From Sphagnum compactum (taxonomy: Eukaryota), in NCBI GenBank assembly GCA_965153455.1, contig OZ234493.1, positions 21,008,213-21,072,212 of the forward strand: DNA of 64,000 nucleotides, given 5' to 3'. The position numbers and the translations under genes were made by a program. Under the pieces are notes generated by a model. That model saw nothing but the letters and a program-made list of their open reading frames with translations. It was not told the origin of the DNA and ran no database searches. This document shows positions 1 through 11,308 of this stretch, in pieces. Within the stretch, counting starts at the first letter, position 1; each line of letters opens with the position of its first letter.

Positions 1-147
1 GGTTTGTAGTGACACAGGCAAGTTTGTTTTCCATTTGTTTTAATCAGTGAGAACTTTGAGCTTGAACTTATATGTGAGAAGTTGTGCTTATGTGAAATCA
101 AAGATGTGCTCACATATTCTTGGGAGTGCTGGGGCTATACTTAACAG

Positions 148-620
148 GGATGTTGGAAGACATTGCAATGGCAGCTGGAGAACGTTTCAGACAGCTGAAA
201 GTGGAAATGAAGCAGCGTGACAAGGAGGATAGGTTATTAGAGAAACAGCGGCTTCGGGAGAAGAGACACAAAAAGAAACAAAAAGCCAAGGCAGGAGCAG
301 AGGATGATGAGGATGAGGCTGTTGGCATCAAGTTGGGCCATGCTGTGCCTACAGATGAGATAAGTAATAGCGAGAGTGAAGAAGAAGACGACTACAAAAA
401 ACGAAAGGGACAAACTCAGGAGTATGAGTCAAGCGAGGTGGAGGGTGGTAGTGAAGAAAGTGATATGCCTCTGCGGAAGCAGAAAAGTAGGGGAAGAAAA
501 AGTAGGACAGTCAAAAGGGAAGAGGAAGGCGAAACTAGGGTTTCAGGTGGAGTTGATGAATTATCTCTTGCTGAGCAAGAAATACTTGCGCTCAAGCTTC
601 TCAAGATGAGGCGGAAATAG
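148..620 (+). CDS. Last exon of a DEAD-box RNA helicase (DBP4/DDX10/RH32-like); rest of gene lies upstream of the window
   Basis: Acceptor ttaacag ends at 147 and the stop is at 618-620. The peptide KEDRLLEKQRLREKRHKKK, an acidic tract and LSLAEQEILALKLL resemble the C-terminus of plant RH32/DBP4 helicases. Confidence 0.7.
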
Positions 621-1357
621 AAATTTGAGTTTTAGGATTTTGAGTTTTATGTGTATGGCTAAATTGTCCATAAATCCTTGAAGTGCAGAAGCCCAAAGAG
701 TTTTGCTAGATAAGTAGGGCAATGACACGAGGATCTCTGTTGAAATTCAGGACACAGGAATAGTGGGTAGTCTAGACAGGTCATTTTCTCCTCTGAAACT
801 CAATGGTCAAGTTTTTCTGTCTGGAGCCACAACCCCATGTAACCACCACTAATCTTCTTGTTGGAAGCAAAATTATTACATTCACAAGACAATTGGCTAA
901 TCGTTCCCTCTCTGGGTCTGTGTCTGTATGCATGTCTGTGTCTGTCTGTGTCTCTCTCTATATCTGCATCTGACTCTCTCTCCAAACAAGGACAGAATTT
1001 GCTTGCAAAGAGGGTTTTCACAGTCCCCAAAGGTGGCTCCAAATCCAAATGGGGAGTCTCTTTTTGGGAAATGCTTGAAACAAAATTGGGGTGCAAACAA
1101 ATTTGCATGTGCATGCAATACCCCTCACATTTTGCTCCTGAATGAATTGCATGCAGTGTCAACTCCTGGAGGTCGAAATTTTTTGGTTGGTAACTGTGCA
1201 CGGTGCGGGTTTCTCTTGATGCTTTGTGGTTCTTATGATGATTTGTTGCTTTCTGTTGGTAATTACAGATTTTAAGTGGGGTTGATGATGATAGAACACA
1301 CTGCACGACATATTTTGGATGAAGATCAGTAAAAATATGTGAGACAGGCTCAATAAA

Positions 1358-1522
1358 ATGGTTGTGACTCAGCATTTTTGCTCGAGATTCTGGGACTGGC
1401 AAAAGCCATAGTGAGTCTAACACCTGCTCATGATCAGTAGAATGGCTGTGGCTCAGTTTTTTGCTCAATATGCTGAGACTGGCAAAAGCCATAGCAGAGT
1501 CTAACAGCTGCTCTTGATCGGC
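1358..1522. repeat. Diverged tandem duplication, about 84 bp x2
   Basis: atggttgtgactcag...actggcaaaagccatag...gagtctaaca starts at 1358 and again at 1442. Confidence 0.75.
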
Positions 1523-1754
1523 CGGATGTATTGATTAGTCCAGGTGGTTTGTTATTAGTGTCCCAGGTTCATGTGCATGGTTGGGGGTTGGAATCAAGAA
1601 ATACTGTTGCAGGGTCAAATGCCGAGTATGGGTGGCGCTGCTCGGAGGAGGAAGTTTGCTGCAGGGCTCCATTTGAAAGGTCGTTGATGAAGAAGAAGAC
1701 GACGACGACGGAAGTTTGCGGCACTGGTTATTGAGGAGTCTGTCCAGCAATATT

Positions 1755-4051
1755 ATGGCGACGTCAAAAGGCGAGGCTGCAAAAGTTGTGGAAGGAGGAG
1801 GGGGAGGAGGAGAGAAGAAGCCGGAATCATCGGCGGGTGGTGAAGGAGATGATCCTCTTGTAGCAGCAGAGAAGAAGGCAGAGGAGATATCTTCTCCTCC
1901 TCCGGAACCAGATACAATAGGCATGTACACGGTGTGGGCCATGCCGCCAGACTACATTGCGAGTCTGCATTTGGTGATGACACAGCTGAGCGAGATGCAC
2001 GCGGGGCCTTCGTTCCAGCCCCATGTGACGGTACTGGACGCGCATCCCGTGTTGCGTTCCAAAGCTCAAGAATCGCTCAAGGACCTGTGCGCCACCACTC
2101 TCCCTTACACCTACAAGATCACCGGCGTCAAAACTGGGCAAGACTTCCATCAATGCGTTTACCTCACAATCGAACGCACTCAAGAGGTCGGTCGGTCGGT
2201 CGGTCGGCGTCGGTTTCTTTCTATTGGGAAACTAACCTTCCTTGGGGTTTTATTTCTTTCTTTCTTCATCAACCATCGTTGCTTGCAAGTGTCCCTGAAG
2301 AACATGCCATCTCCATATCCATATCGCACGCAAGATCCTTTTGTCGAGACAGATATTTTTTGCTTTTTTGCGGATTTTCGCATCCTGGCTACAAAATTAG
2401 TGGAGATGCGAATGACACGAATGACTTTTTTTTTTTGGAAAGAATGGACCCAAGTCGCCAAATTATGAGGAAAACAATTCTGAAGCCGTCATATTAAGAC
2501 ACCTTCCTTGGAGTTTTCTTTCTTTCTTTCTTCTTCAAACATCGTTGTTTGCAAGTGTCCCTGAAGAACATGCCATAACCATATCGCACACAAGAGACTT
2601 TTGTCAAGACAGATTTTTTTGGGGGCTAATTTTTGCATCCCGGGGGGACCCAAAAAAAGGGGTGAAGATATAGAGGACTTTTCTTTTGAAAAAATGGGCC
2701 CAAGTTGTCACATTATGAGTTTATTAGGATTCCGTCCTATGTATGAGGAATCCTAATATTGTTTTCTTTAATCTCTGACATATAACCAAATTTGTTGGCT
2801 AAGTCCTCTTGTGGATGATCACCAAACCACCTAACTCACAAATTTGAAAAAGAAAGAACACTGATCATGATCTCATATGTGGATTGTAGCTTTGTTTTTG
2901 AGAACAATCCTAATGCATTGTTGTAGGAAATGATTGTCAATGTTTTTGGAGGTGCTAGAACAATCATTTGTTGTGTCTGAAGCCAATGCAAATTTCCTTC
3001 TCCAATGAAATGGTTGTGTGTTCCACAATCTCATTGTGACACTAGTCTCAATGTCACTCCAGTGGTAGGTACTCACTCTCTGTTCAGAGCTTTTCTGATC
3101 AGAAAAAGCTCTGAAGGAGAAAGAGCAGATTCTGTATCTATGTGGCTTTCTCTTTCTCATCATGGTAAGGACAGCGACTTTCTCATGGTTTGGATCAAAG
3201 AATAGAGCAAAAGAGCAAAGAATATATGGATCCAGGATTGATGAAGGAAGGAAGGTTTGTGATGTGCAGGTTGTAGATGCACATATTCAAGCACAAGGCT
3301 GTTTCGGGTTCTTGGAGATGGGAGATGATACCACTGAAATGAGGAAAAGAAAGCTCCATCATCCCTAACACACACTCTCCATCTCATCATTAAGCATTAA
3401 ACTTGCACATTGACATGAAAGGATGCATGCAGTTTCCAATTCATTGCTACTTATTTACTTAGCTAACACCTTGTAGCTGAAAGTGACAATCTGATGTGGG
3501 TGATTACCATGTAAAGTAGCAGGGATGCAGATAGGATTTTCATTCTTTTTCTTGCAATAGTTTTGTGGTCTTTGCAGCCATGGAGCAAAGCTTCTGGATA
3601 GCAAATTGGTAGAAGCACCCAGCACTTGCTCTGTAGTATTAGGGATGTTGATGCTCAATGTCATCATGCTGTGAAGATTACAGAAACTTGTAACCTAATT
3701 AGGTGGACCTTCAGAATTTCAGGGGTATGCAATTGGTTGGGACATACAGAGATGCTCACTCACCATGATCCTTGTCATCATGCATCTGGCCATGCACTGA
3801 ATGTGGTGGAGCTTTTTGCAGAGTATATGCCTCACATGAGTCTATTATATGGGCATCTGTCAGAGGAGGAGTTGGAACTAGCAAAGGCGAAAGTGGAGGC
3901 AGAGCATGGGAAGCAGTTGATCAGCATGCAATTCCAAGTTTCTAGCCTGGGACTTTACTGCACAGATCCTGCAGATGTGCTCTGCAATTCTTGGAAAAAG
4001 GTCTGCCAACTGCCTTTGAGAGCACCTGATAAACCAGTGTGGTGTCAATAG
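1755..4051 (+). CDS. Cyclic phosphodiesterase (CPDase, 2H phosphoesterase family), three exons
   Basis: Exon 1 is 1755-2186 (YTVWAMPPD, first HxT motif FQPHVTV, FHQCVYL; donor GAG|gtcggt). Exon 2 starts at 3270 (cag|VVDAHIQAQGCFG) and its 3' end is uncertain, near 3321. Exon 3 is 3822-4051 (second HxS motif YMPHMSLLYG, then TD...W). The motif order matches plant CPDase. Confidence 0.88.
2236..2720. repeat. Diverged tandem duplication of about 265 bp in CPDase intron 1, containing repeat-family sequence
   Basis: ccttccttgg...ttgcaagtgtccctgaagaacatgccat...tttgtc.agacagat...cccaagt.g.ca.attatgag occurs from about 2236 and again from about 2502. Confidence 0.75.
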
Positions 4052-5406
4052 GAAGCTGAATTTTGCATCATGCGTTTGAGAAATCCTGGAGTGCAACAAC
4101 TGCATGCATAGAAAAGGACTTCTTCAATGTACATTTTACAGCAAAACAGGGGCTGCTGTGTTCATCTGAGTTACCAAAGTCCTCTTTACCAGATGAAAGA
4201 AAGGTGTTGAGAACATTTTAGGTTTGAAGTCCATAGTGAAGAGCTGTTGGGGGTTTACTGATAATTAGCCATTTGCACAGCATTTATTCAGGGTTAGCAT
4301 GACAAAGTCATGGGGAAACAGCAAATTTCAGTACTGAAACCAACTCTGAGCTTTCCGCCAAGAGAAAACAAATGTGGACTTCTAATGACAAACTAAGATA
4401 TGTACAATTTTCTCATCATTTCTTCAAGAAAATTCATTCTTTTCACTATCACAACTCCTTGACAAGAAACTCCAAGCTCACACCTGTCCATTGTGCATTC
4501 TTCCAGTGGAAATAAGGGAGCATATGGTGGATGGAGGTTGCTACATCAATGATTTTAGCCAACTTGGGTTTGTATTTTATGTAGAGGAGTCAATAGAAAT
4601 CAGGAATGGCCTGGCTTAGATGTCTAGGTGTTGCCTTTGAATGTCATTGATATTGCACAAAAGTCCAAATGTGTAAGAGATATGAGGCCCTAAATCTGAT
4701 CATTGTGAATTAGACAGTAATATGAATGCAGAGGAAATAGGTGAAGATAGTATAACTACACTTGGTATTAGTCAAGCAAAAGGGTTCGATTGTATAGGGT
4801 AATGCTTTGCTTGGATGCTTTTCTCAGACAAAATTGTTTTGCTCTGATTGATCAAGAGTATGTTGCAATCTGGATCTCGCAACCACAATCCAAAACCTTT
4901 ACATGGTTTCATTTACAATGTGATGCACAACATGCTTAAGTTATATGTGCATTAGCAAAGATCACATGTTGTCACAGGTGGCCCATTCAAAGTGGTGTTT
5001 CTTTCAACAGCTGCTTTGAGGAGAAGTTTGTCAATGGGTGGCCCCCAACAAACTGATGATGTTTTTTTGTATGTATGCAATGTGTGAAGACAACAAACTA
5101 CCTATATGGAAGGTCCTATGAATTTCTTTTCATGCCTTTTCATGGTCAGACACAGGAGGTGTTCACACCCAAAGGGCATATCCTTTCCATGCTGAAGAGA
5201 CAACTCTGCCGCAAAATTGTGACATTCATCAAGGAGGAAGAATGACATGGGTTTTGGTCTCTTATGGACATTACCTTGGAGATTTGTTGAAATGGAGTTG
5301 AGGACCCAAGTTGAGAGATGGCAAACAGACTGAAATCACCAAAATTTTGGAAGGATTTGATTTTATGAAGAGCCTGAGACTTGACTAGTTTATAACGAGC
5401 ACGAGA

Positions 5407-7398
5407 ATGGTGATGTTGGAGGTGGAACTTCCTGAGGAGCAAAAGACAATTGAATGGGATATGATGCACCCAACTTTCAAACAAATAAAGGAGAAACTGG
5501 AATTGAATGGAGTTCCAAAAACTTGGTTTGTAGAGATCTGTCGCAGGAAGGGTTATGTTTCACCTGATGATAATGCTAGATTGAGGAATGTGAAGAAGCT
5601 GATTATCCGAGCCTCACCAATCTTGGCTAAACCTAATCCCTCTTGCACTGATCAAACCAGTGAAGGTCAGCTACTATGACAGCTTGATTGGAATACTTGG
5701 TTCTCTTGCAATGATGCTCCATGTTACTATTGAAGTGACTAAGATATTGAATTTTGGTGAAAACAAAATTTTTCATCAATGGGTTTGATTGCAGATTCCA
5801 AAGTACTCATGGGGCAAAAACCAGACATAACTGATATGTTTGAGAATGTGATCAGCTATGTGGGTCGAGTATTTGTCTGTACCAAAGATTGCAAGCAAGG
5901 AAACATTACTGATGTTGAGAATTGTAGAGGAACAGTTGGGCTTGTGGGCACCAGTGGAGAGTCCATAGGATGCTGGCACACTGTGGAGGTTGCCCTGGGT
6001 CAAAAGAGCGAAGGAAAGTACAAGGTTTTTATTGAGTACCCCAACTATGGGGGTCCACAAAGCCTCATGTTTGAAGCGCGGATTAAAGATGACCTCTGTA
6101 GTCCAGAGCTAGATCTCTTTGTAGCTGAACCTGTTGATCCTTTAAAGCACAAAACCACACATCTTCCGTGTGCACTTGATGTCTCCCTTGCAGACAATGT
6201 GCACTGCTTTGGGTTCCTGGAAGTTCTAGACAGAAAAAATATTGCTACCTACAAGAATAGGAAAGTAGTGCAAGGAAGTGAGAAGTGTCAAGTTGTGGAG
6301 GAACCTGAAATTGAGAGAACACTAAAGCTTCCAGCCATTTTCTCAGGTCGTGTTTGTTTTAATGGCTGGAAACAAGCTGTTGCCGATTATCTTTGTTTCC
6401 CCAACTGCTCAGGTGGACTTGTGGTTGATGATTGGGGTTGTCTCAAGGGGATTCATGTTGCAGCATTTCGGATTGGAAGGAAGTTGAGGTTCCATAGTCT
6501 CAAAGTAGCCAAGACCAAATTCAAAGCTACTCAAAGTAAGATAGATCTTCAAAAAAGCTTGCAAAACCTTTATGATGGAGTGAACACCTTTTGTGCTGAC
6601 ACTGCCTTCTCACTCAATGCTTCAAATTCCGAAATTGCAACTTTTGTTCCAGTTCAAATCTTTCAAGAATCACTTCAGCTTCCACGCTTGAGATTAATTG
6701 TACGGAAAGGTGATGATAAACCCTCCTCTAGCATCAAATTTGGAAGAGAACATGTCAATCCAAAAAAAAGTTGCTTGCAAGAAGGTAAAGATAGACAAGC
6801 TTTTGAGCAAAACCTATTCACAAAATGTGGTCATGACCAGAGGCCAACAAAACATCCAAGAGGACATGACAGACTCAACAAAAATGCAAGCAAGAAAAGA
6901 AAATGTGAGCTCAAAGTTGAATCATCATCAGTTAAACCCATGCATTTAACAGGATGTGTGGGATCAAATAGATTAGATGAATGCAAGAAGCGAAGGTGCA
7001 CGTCGAAATGTAGACATTCTTTAACAATTCAACCCAACTATTTGAGGGCACATGTTCGAAATGAAAGGAAGAAAAGGAGGTGCAAGTCCAAAGGCAAACC
7101 TTCAACAATTCAATGCAGGTTTTCGAAAGGAGGGCAATCCACTAGAAACACAAACAATAAAAGAAGGTGCAAGCAAAAAGGTGAACTACTAGCAACAATT
7201 CAACACCTGCATTTGAAGGAACATAGGGAATCAGATAGCGATGCAAGCAAGAAAGGATGGCCTATTCTCAAGGATGAATTTTCAACAATTCAACCCAAAA
7301 AGGGGTGTTTGGAGACAAGTACTTCAACCACCAAAAAGAGAATTACAAGTTTAAGACCATCCTTTTGGAGACTCCTCGCTTGTTTAATTCGGAAATAA
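5407..7398 (+). CDS. Putative ubiquitin-like + trypsin-like serine peptidase + basic-repeat protein (about 620 aa, two exons)
   Basis: Exon 1 is 5407-5665 (GAAG|gtcag) and exon 2 is 5795-7398 (ttgcag|AT); both are phase 1 and join in frame. Trypsin-fold motifs occur in order: GCWH (His codon 5977), LDLF (Asp 6112), PNCSGGLVVDDWGCLKGIH (Ser 6409). Confidence 0.65.
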
Positions 7399-8381
7399 AA
7401 TTGCATCAAAATATAAAAGATTGATTGTTCAAAATTTTCAAAGGTACATGATGTGTGCCTTTTGGTGTCCATTTGCCCCTCCACCCCACATAGCATGGTT
7501 AGAATTGAATATAACTATGCAAGCAATGAACAAGGGTCTTTTATCTAAAGGGAGGGTTGCCATGCAAGTTAAATACAGAATAAGTAATATAATTACTGGA
7601 GATTAACGGTAGCCACATGATCGGGATTCTTTATTCCAATTTTGTGATATTGAAAATTTGGCAAGTAACACAAAAGAAATGTCTTGGTGTAGCAGATAGA
7701 ATTTCAGCATTTTGTCAAGTGTCACTTCCATTCTAGATAGGCAAGACCAACATCAACGAAATTCTCTTTGCACCACCATTGACAAGTTAAAGCTTTTCGT
7801 TGAGTTGAAGGTGCATAGTGTTTAGCTACTTTTGTTTGTGAAAAGATCCTTCCATTCATTGAATTTGAGTTTTACGCAAGTGTTGCGCAGTTCTCTCTTT
7901 TTCAAAGAAAGAACTAGTGGGTAAGGGATCCTGGGCCAGCAGTTCTGAAAAATCGAAGCCGCAGTTTGAAAAATAAACCCAGTTCTCAAAAAATTAAAGA
8001 ACCATACTCAACCTTCATATAAAACTTGTGGTTCTTCTGGATCTTTTCTTTGCCCTGTGTTGCTACTGTTTGAGGCTGAGATCAAGACCTTCAAATCCAG
8101 CTTTCAGGTTCTATTCATCTACAAGGGTTTGTGTTAGATCATTCTTGCTGGCAATCCAAAACCCATGTCTGTTTGTGAAGAGTTCTCATTATGGAGAAGC
8201 ACCCCATTCATGTTCTGTGGTCTCACCAGATTTTGTCCATGATTCTGCTGGAGGAGACTCAGATCAAAACCCTCTAGTTGCATATCAAGTAGCTTGGAAT
8301 GTGGAATTCAAAGGTATGACATTCATGACACAATCTTCTCTGGGTGTGCAATCTTGTGAGGAGCAAGTGTGCATCTTGTAA

Positions 8382-8970
8382 ATGCAACCACCAACAAAAT
8401 GCATGCAATCAGGACTAAGCAAAAACATACATGCAACCATCAACAAAACACATGCACTCAAGACGATGCAAGAACATACATGCAACCACCAACAAATGCA
8501 TGCAATCAGGACTAAGCAAAAACATACACACAACCATCAACAAAACACATACTATCATGAGTATGCCAAAAGATACATGCAACCATCAGCAGAACACATG
8601 AAATCAGGACTTATGCAAAAAATACATGGAAACATCAACAAAACACATACAATCAGGACTTATGCAAATACATACATGCAACCATGAACAAAACATATGC
8701 AATCAGGACTTATGCAAAAACATACATGCAACCATGAACAAAACACATGCAATCAGGACTACACAAAAACATACACACAACCATCAACAAAACAGATGCA
8801 ATCAGGACTCATGCAAAAACATACATGCAACCATCAACAAAACAAATGCAATCAGGATTATGCAGAAACATACACACAACCATCAACAAAACACATGCAA
8901 TCAGGACCATGCAAAAGCATACATGCTACTGTCAACAAAAACACGTGCAATCAGGACTTATGCAAAAACA
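8382..8970. repeat. Minisatellite, about 50-bp unit, about 12 copies
   Basis: Unit ATGCAATCAGGACTTATGCAAAAACATACATGCAACCATCAACAAAACAC; adjacent copies start at 8697 and 8747. Confidence 0.95.
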
Positions 8971-9617
8971 TGAATACACACAAACGAGATTATGGAAGAC
9001 AAGCTGTCTTCTGCAAACTTGCAGTTCTGAAAACTGTCAAAAAAAGAGTACAATACCTTTCAAGTGCTTGCACCAAGCACTTGAGGAGGATGGATTTGCA
9101 CAACACAGTTGCTGGTCATGCCATGCCCTGCTCTCAAATGCCTCTTCTTCATCATGTTAACAAATCTGTCTTCTCATGGTATCTTCCCAAAACCCTCAGG
9201 GGCTTTGGGTTTTCTCCTTGTTCTTGTTCTTGTTCTTCTTCCATCTTGTACGATGTGCTTTTCTCATGCTTGATTGCTTCATGCACTTGATAGGGCTCTG
9301 TGCCTCTGACCTAATCTGCTTCAGAGGTGCCGATCTTTCACCTGCTTAGAGGCATTGTCAATAGCTTGTTCCTGACAATGGCCCTAAGCAAAATGTCAAG
9401 GGCAGTGGTGATTGTGGCAGTGAAAGAGAGCCAGGAACGGTCTTGGCATCCAGTCTTGTTTTTCAGAGTTTAGGGTTCTCCTGTTGCTGCTGCTGCTCCT
9501 CTTCTCACCACAGCTCTGCTTAGAGTCATTGTCATTGTCTTTTTCCTGACAATGAAACTAAGCAGTGCAACCCGTGTTACATTTTCCTACACAACAAAAA
9601 CCCTTTTCTTCACATGA

Positions 9618-10639
9618 CTATCCATATCTGTCATGATGATCTGCATGCAAGTACTCTCCACAGCTGGGGCAAGAAGGAGAAGACAGTGATAGCAATACAA
9701 ACATTGAGCAATGGGCGCAGCTCAATGCCACCATCCCCATGTTCTCACAGTTACTGCTGCTGCTCTCCTCTTCATGATCATCATCGTCCCCATTGCCAGT
9801 CTCTGAAGAAGAAGAAGAAGAAGAAGAAGCAATCAGGAGGTCTTCTGGTGCGGCAGCAACAGTACAAGACTGGTGAGTTTCCTCGTTGTCCTTCTTGGTT
9901 GTGAAACCACGAACCTGAGCTTTGAGCTCCAGAGCTTGCACGGATTCATTCGCTTTCCGCAACAACTCTCGGGGATCACTCTTTGCTCGCTTGCATGAAC
10001 CCCAGTGGAAATAGTAAAGCTCACCCGTCTGCGACAGACAGACAAACAAACAAACAAAAGCCGTGGCAATCAGGAAAGCTCTCGAGCTATGGAAGTTTGT
10101 CGATCTCTGCGCCACAGAAGATTGTAGAGCAGCGAGAGCATGGATCGCATACAGAACCTGGAATCCAAGCTTACCTTCAGATCCAAGAACTGTTCCCAGT
10201 CCTCCGGCAGAGGGGATTGCGCATGAAGCTCCACCTCGACTCCAGCAGCAGCAGCAGTCTTCTCCTCGCATCGCTTCTTCTCAAGGGATTTCTCTTCTTG
10301 CTCGCTCTCGCGTTTCCGTTTGCCGGGCTGCTCCTCGTTGTTGCTGCCACAGTTCCTGCGAGAAGAACTCAGCGCCTCTACCTGCTGCTGCATTAGCTGC
10401 AACACACCTTGTGGCCAAGCTTGCTTCACGCAGGCTGGAGGAGTTTGATCCGGCGTATCTGGAGACGGAGGAGGAGAAGAAGAAGACAGCGACGCGGGGG
10501 GCTTGCTGCTAAGAGAAACAACGGTGCTAGAGGGAAGTACAAGTGTAAGCGCCACCATCGAAGAAGATACTTGTTGGGTTCGAAGCTCGAGTGCAGTGGA
10601 GCAAATGCGACTCGGCGCTCTTCGATCCGACCTCCCCAT
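9618..10639 (-). CDS. CFL1: CURLY FLAG LEAF 1-like WW-domain protein (about 291 aa, two exons)
   Basis: Exon 1 is 10639-10175 (ends PLPEDWEQFLDLK|gtaag) and exon 2 is 10028-9618 (cag|TGELYYFHW...MVALSCAHCSMFVLLSLSSPSCPSC). The intron-split WW domain and C-terminal CxxC...CPxC are typical of plant CFL1. Confidence 0.88.
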
Positions 10640-11266
10640 CAGGTCAGGTATCGTCTTCTTCTTCTTCTTCTTCTTCTTGTTCTCGAGCTTCACCTGCACC
10701 ACTTCCTGATCTCCTTAATTCCAGACACCCAATTTCCTTGAGAATGCTTCCCTACTCCTGCTGCTGCTGCTCAGAACGCACAGCCGACAAGCATTGCCTC
10801 CACAACAACACGAACTCCAATGCCACGGGCTGCTGATCTCTTGCAACAGAACAGCAGCAGCTCAAGAAAAAAGCTCCCCCTCCCTGCTCTCTCACCACCA
10901 GTTTTGAAAGCCAAACAAAAGCAGTCCCGGAAATCAGATTTTGAATCGAGGGAAAACGACGAAGCAAACACAACAAAAACGCAAGAAGACAATCAGAGAA
11001 ACAAAACAACCCCGCAAACACAGAAAAACCTTCAAAGCAACAAACTGAATGCAACAACAACAACAACAAACTCAAGAACAACAAAAACAGCACCAGTTGT
11101 AGCAAAAAAAAAACAAAGCACCAACAAAACAGCAACAAAAACTGCAACAAACAACAACAACACCAGCAACAGCAAGTGCAGCAAAACAAGGGATTTTCAC
11201 AAACATGAGCTCTGCAAGTCCAACAGCAGCATGTTACACATATTCTTCTTCTTATGTGGGTTTTCT

Positions 11267-11308
11267 TACCTACCTACTTACCTACCTACCTACCTACCTA
11301 CCTACCTA
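11267..11308. repeat. (CTAC)n microsatellite
   Basis: tacctacctacttacctacctacc... is directly visible. Confidence 0.9.

Noticed and set aside
800-1492. 230-aa minus-strand ORF
   Set aside because: It has no recognisable domain, runs through microsatellite and duplicated sequence, and lies between two + strand genes.
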